DNA from: Bacteroidales bacterium
Lineage (GTDB): Bacteria; Bacteroidota; Bacteroidia; Bacteroidales; WCHB1-69
Direction: 5' to 3'
NCBI GenBank assembly: GCA_017615595.1
Contig: JAFZZT010000036.1
Location: 39,035-103,034, forward strand
Length of the DNA stretch: 64,000 nt
Shown: piece by piece, positions 62,947-64,000 of the stretch
Layout: every line of letters begins with the position of its first letter
How positions within the stretch are numbered: the first letter of the stretch is position 1
Notes under the pieces: generated by a model
Told to the model about the DNA's origin: nothing
The model's input: only the letters and a program-made list of their open reading frames with translations
Database searches by the model: none
Program-made: the position numbers and the translations under genes

Positions 62947-64000
62947 CTATTCGGCAGCCTTGAAATTGAATACCGGCTTGATGACATTCTCCACCCGCAC
63001 GGTATCCTGAATATTGTTAAGAATCTCATCCATAGATTTATACGCCATCGGCGCTTCATCAAGGGTATCGCTGGTTACGGTTTCGCTATAGATGCCTTCC
63101 ATTGCGCTTTTGAAATCTTCTATCCGCAGTTCCTTGAACGCCTTCGCCCGGCTCATCACGCGCCCGGCCCCGTGCGGTGCGGAGCAGTTCCAGTCCTCGT
63201 TGCCCTTGCCGATGCAGATGAGCGAGCCGTCGCGCATGTTGAGCGGAATAATGCACCGCTCGCCTTCTTGGGCCGAGATGGCCCCTTTCCGGATCAGGTT
63301 GTCGTCGCTGATATAGTTGTGGACACTTTCAAAAGCGCCGTCGGCAATTCCGTTTATGAAAAGGTTTTCTGTGAGGAAATCTGTAATCAGGTCGGCAATA
63401 AGCCGGCGGTTGAGGCGTGCCCAGCGCTGGCAAAGCCGCATGTCGTGCAGGTACTCATTGCGCGGATCGCCCGCCAGATAACAGAGATCGGGCGGCACGG
63501 GCGGGGACTGCATCTTGAAATCGGAATGCAATTTGGCGATAACGGCCTGTATCTCCTTTCTCCTCCCCTGACTTTTGTATTCCTCAATGATTCGTTTTTG
63601 CTGTTCCACCACCTTGTCCCATCCTGAAAGCAGTTTCCGCGCCTCCTTTTGGTACAGGTCGGCCACCTGCTTGCCCAAGTTCCGACTTCCCGTGTGAATC
63701 ACCAGATACCATTTTCCCTGTTCATCGCGGTCGAGTTCAATGAAATGGTTGCCACCGCCCAACGAGCCGATGGATTTGTCCAAACGCTTGCTCTCCTTGA
63801 GAAGCCGGTAGCAGTACAACTCACGGATGATGCTTTTGGCTTCGGAATAGACCTCCATATACTTTTGGGGCAACGGCTGATATTGGTCGCTGCGGAAGTC
63901 GCGCCCCGACGGTATGGCTTTTAGGATAAATGTGTTGAGTGCGTGGAAATCAATTGCGTCCGGCACATCGAGCGGTTGCACGAGGATACCGCAGCCGATG
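62947..64000 (-). CDS. rtcB: RNA ligase RtcB family protein, N-terminus beyond right window edge
   Basis: GGGNHFIELD, HTGSRNLG and APHGAGR motifs. The frame remains open to the window end (...IGCGILVQPLD), so the listed GTG start is internal. Confidence 0.85.
   Translation of the reverse strand, partial: IGCGILVQPLDVPDAIDFHALNTFILKAIPSGRDFRSDQYQPLPQKYMEVYSEAKSIIRELYCYRLLKESKRLDKSIGSLGGGNHFIELDRDEQGKWYLVIHTGSRNLGKQVADLYQKEARKLLSGWDKVVEQQKRIIEEYKSQGRRKEIQAVIAKLHSDFKMQSPPVPPDLCYLAGDPRNEYLHDMRLCQRWARLNRRLIADLITDFLTENLFINGIADGAFESVHNYISDDNLIRKGAISAQEGERCIIPLNMRDGSLICIGKGNEDWNCSAPHGAGRVMSRAKAFKELRIEDFKSAMEGIYSETVTSDTLDEAPMAYKSMDEILNNIQDTVRVENVIKPVFNFKAAE

Noticed and set aside
53817-64000. Calling the island an integrative/conjugative or transposable element.
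   Set aside because: No integrase, transposase, relaxase or terminal att or IR sequences are visible in the window. The two tRNA genes (12.3 and 27.8 kb) are far from the island edge. Mobility cannot be supported from this sequence alone.

Overview
This is a Bacteroidota (Bacteroidales-type) chromosomal segment. The assignment rests on TAnnTTTG -7 promoter boxes, T9SS components and cargo, the bamD-rpoZ-coaBC-DUF4835-recN synteny, and high GC3 that produces many long antisense shadow ORFs. Positions 1 to about 53.8 kb are core genome. They carry housekeeping genes (rpsA, lepA, recN, coaBC, rsmI, lpxB, lpdA, two tRNAs), envelope and T9SS genes (PorX-like regulator, BamD, OM barrels, type-A and type-B CTD cargo), two GH20 hexosaminidases, transporters (AtoE, MATE, TerC) and a 1074-aa multi-cofactor oxidoreductase. 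From about 53.8 kb to the right edge the character changes to a mosaic accessory island rich in nucleic-acid enzymes. It holds three paralogous copies of a small single-HKD (PLD-like) nuclease gene: one intact, one with a replaced C-terminus, and one internally deleted. It also holds two AAA-ATPase/DUF4143 (PD-(D/E)XK-tailed) genes, a stand-alone DEDDh exonuclease, a head-to-tail array of three ORF6N-domain genes, an uncharacterised gene trio ending in a BspA-type LRR protein, and RtcB. The island contains a 427-bp direct repeat and a recurring promoter module, and is my best candidate for an undescribed defence or conflict system. Other notable points are listed here.
- A family of phase-locked 7/8/14-bp tandem tracts abuts stop codons and places stop triplets in all six frames. 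One inverted pair brackets a 4-kb segment.
- A perfect 52-bp promoter duplication brackets a ParE/RelE-like cassette.
- QueG and KpsF lie in one seamless in-frame ORF.
All functional calls come from motif and family recognition by eye. No database search was possible.
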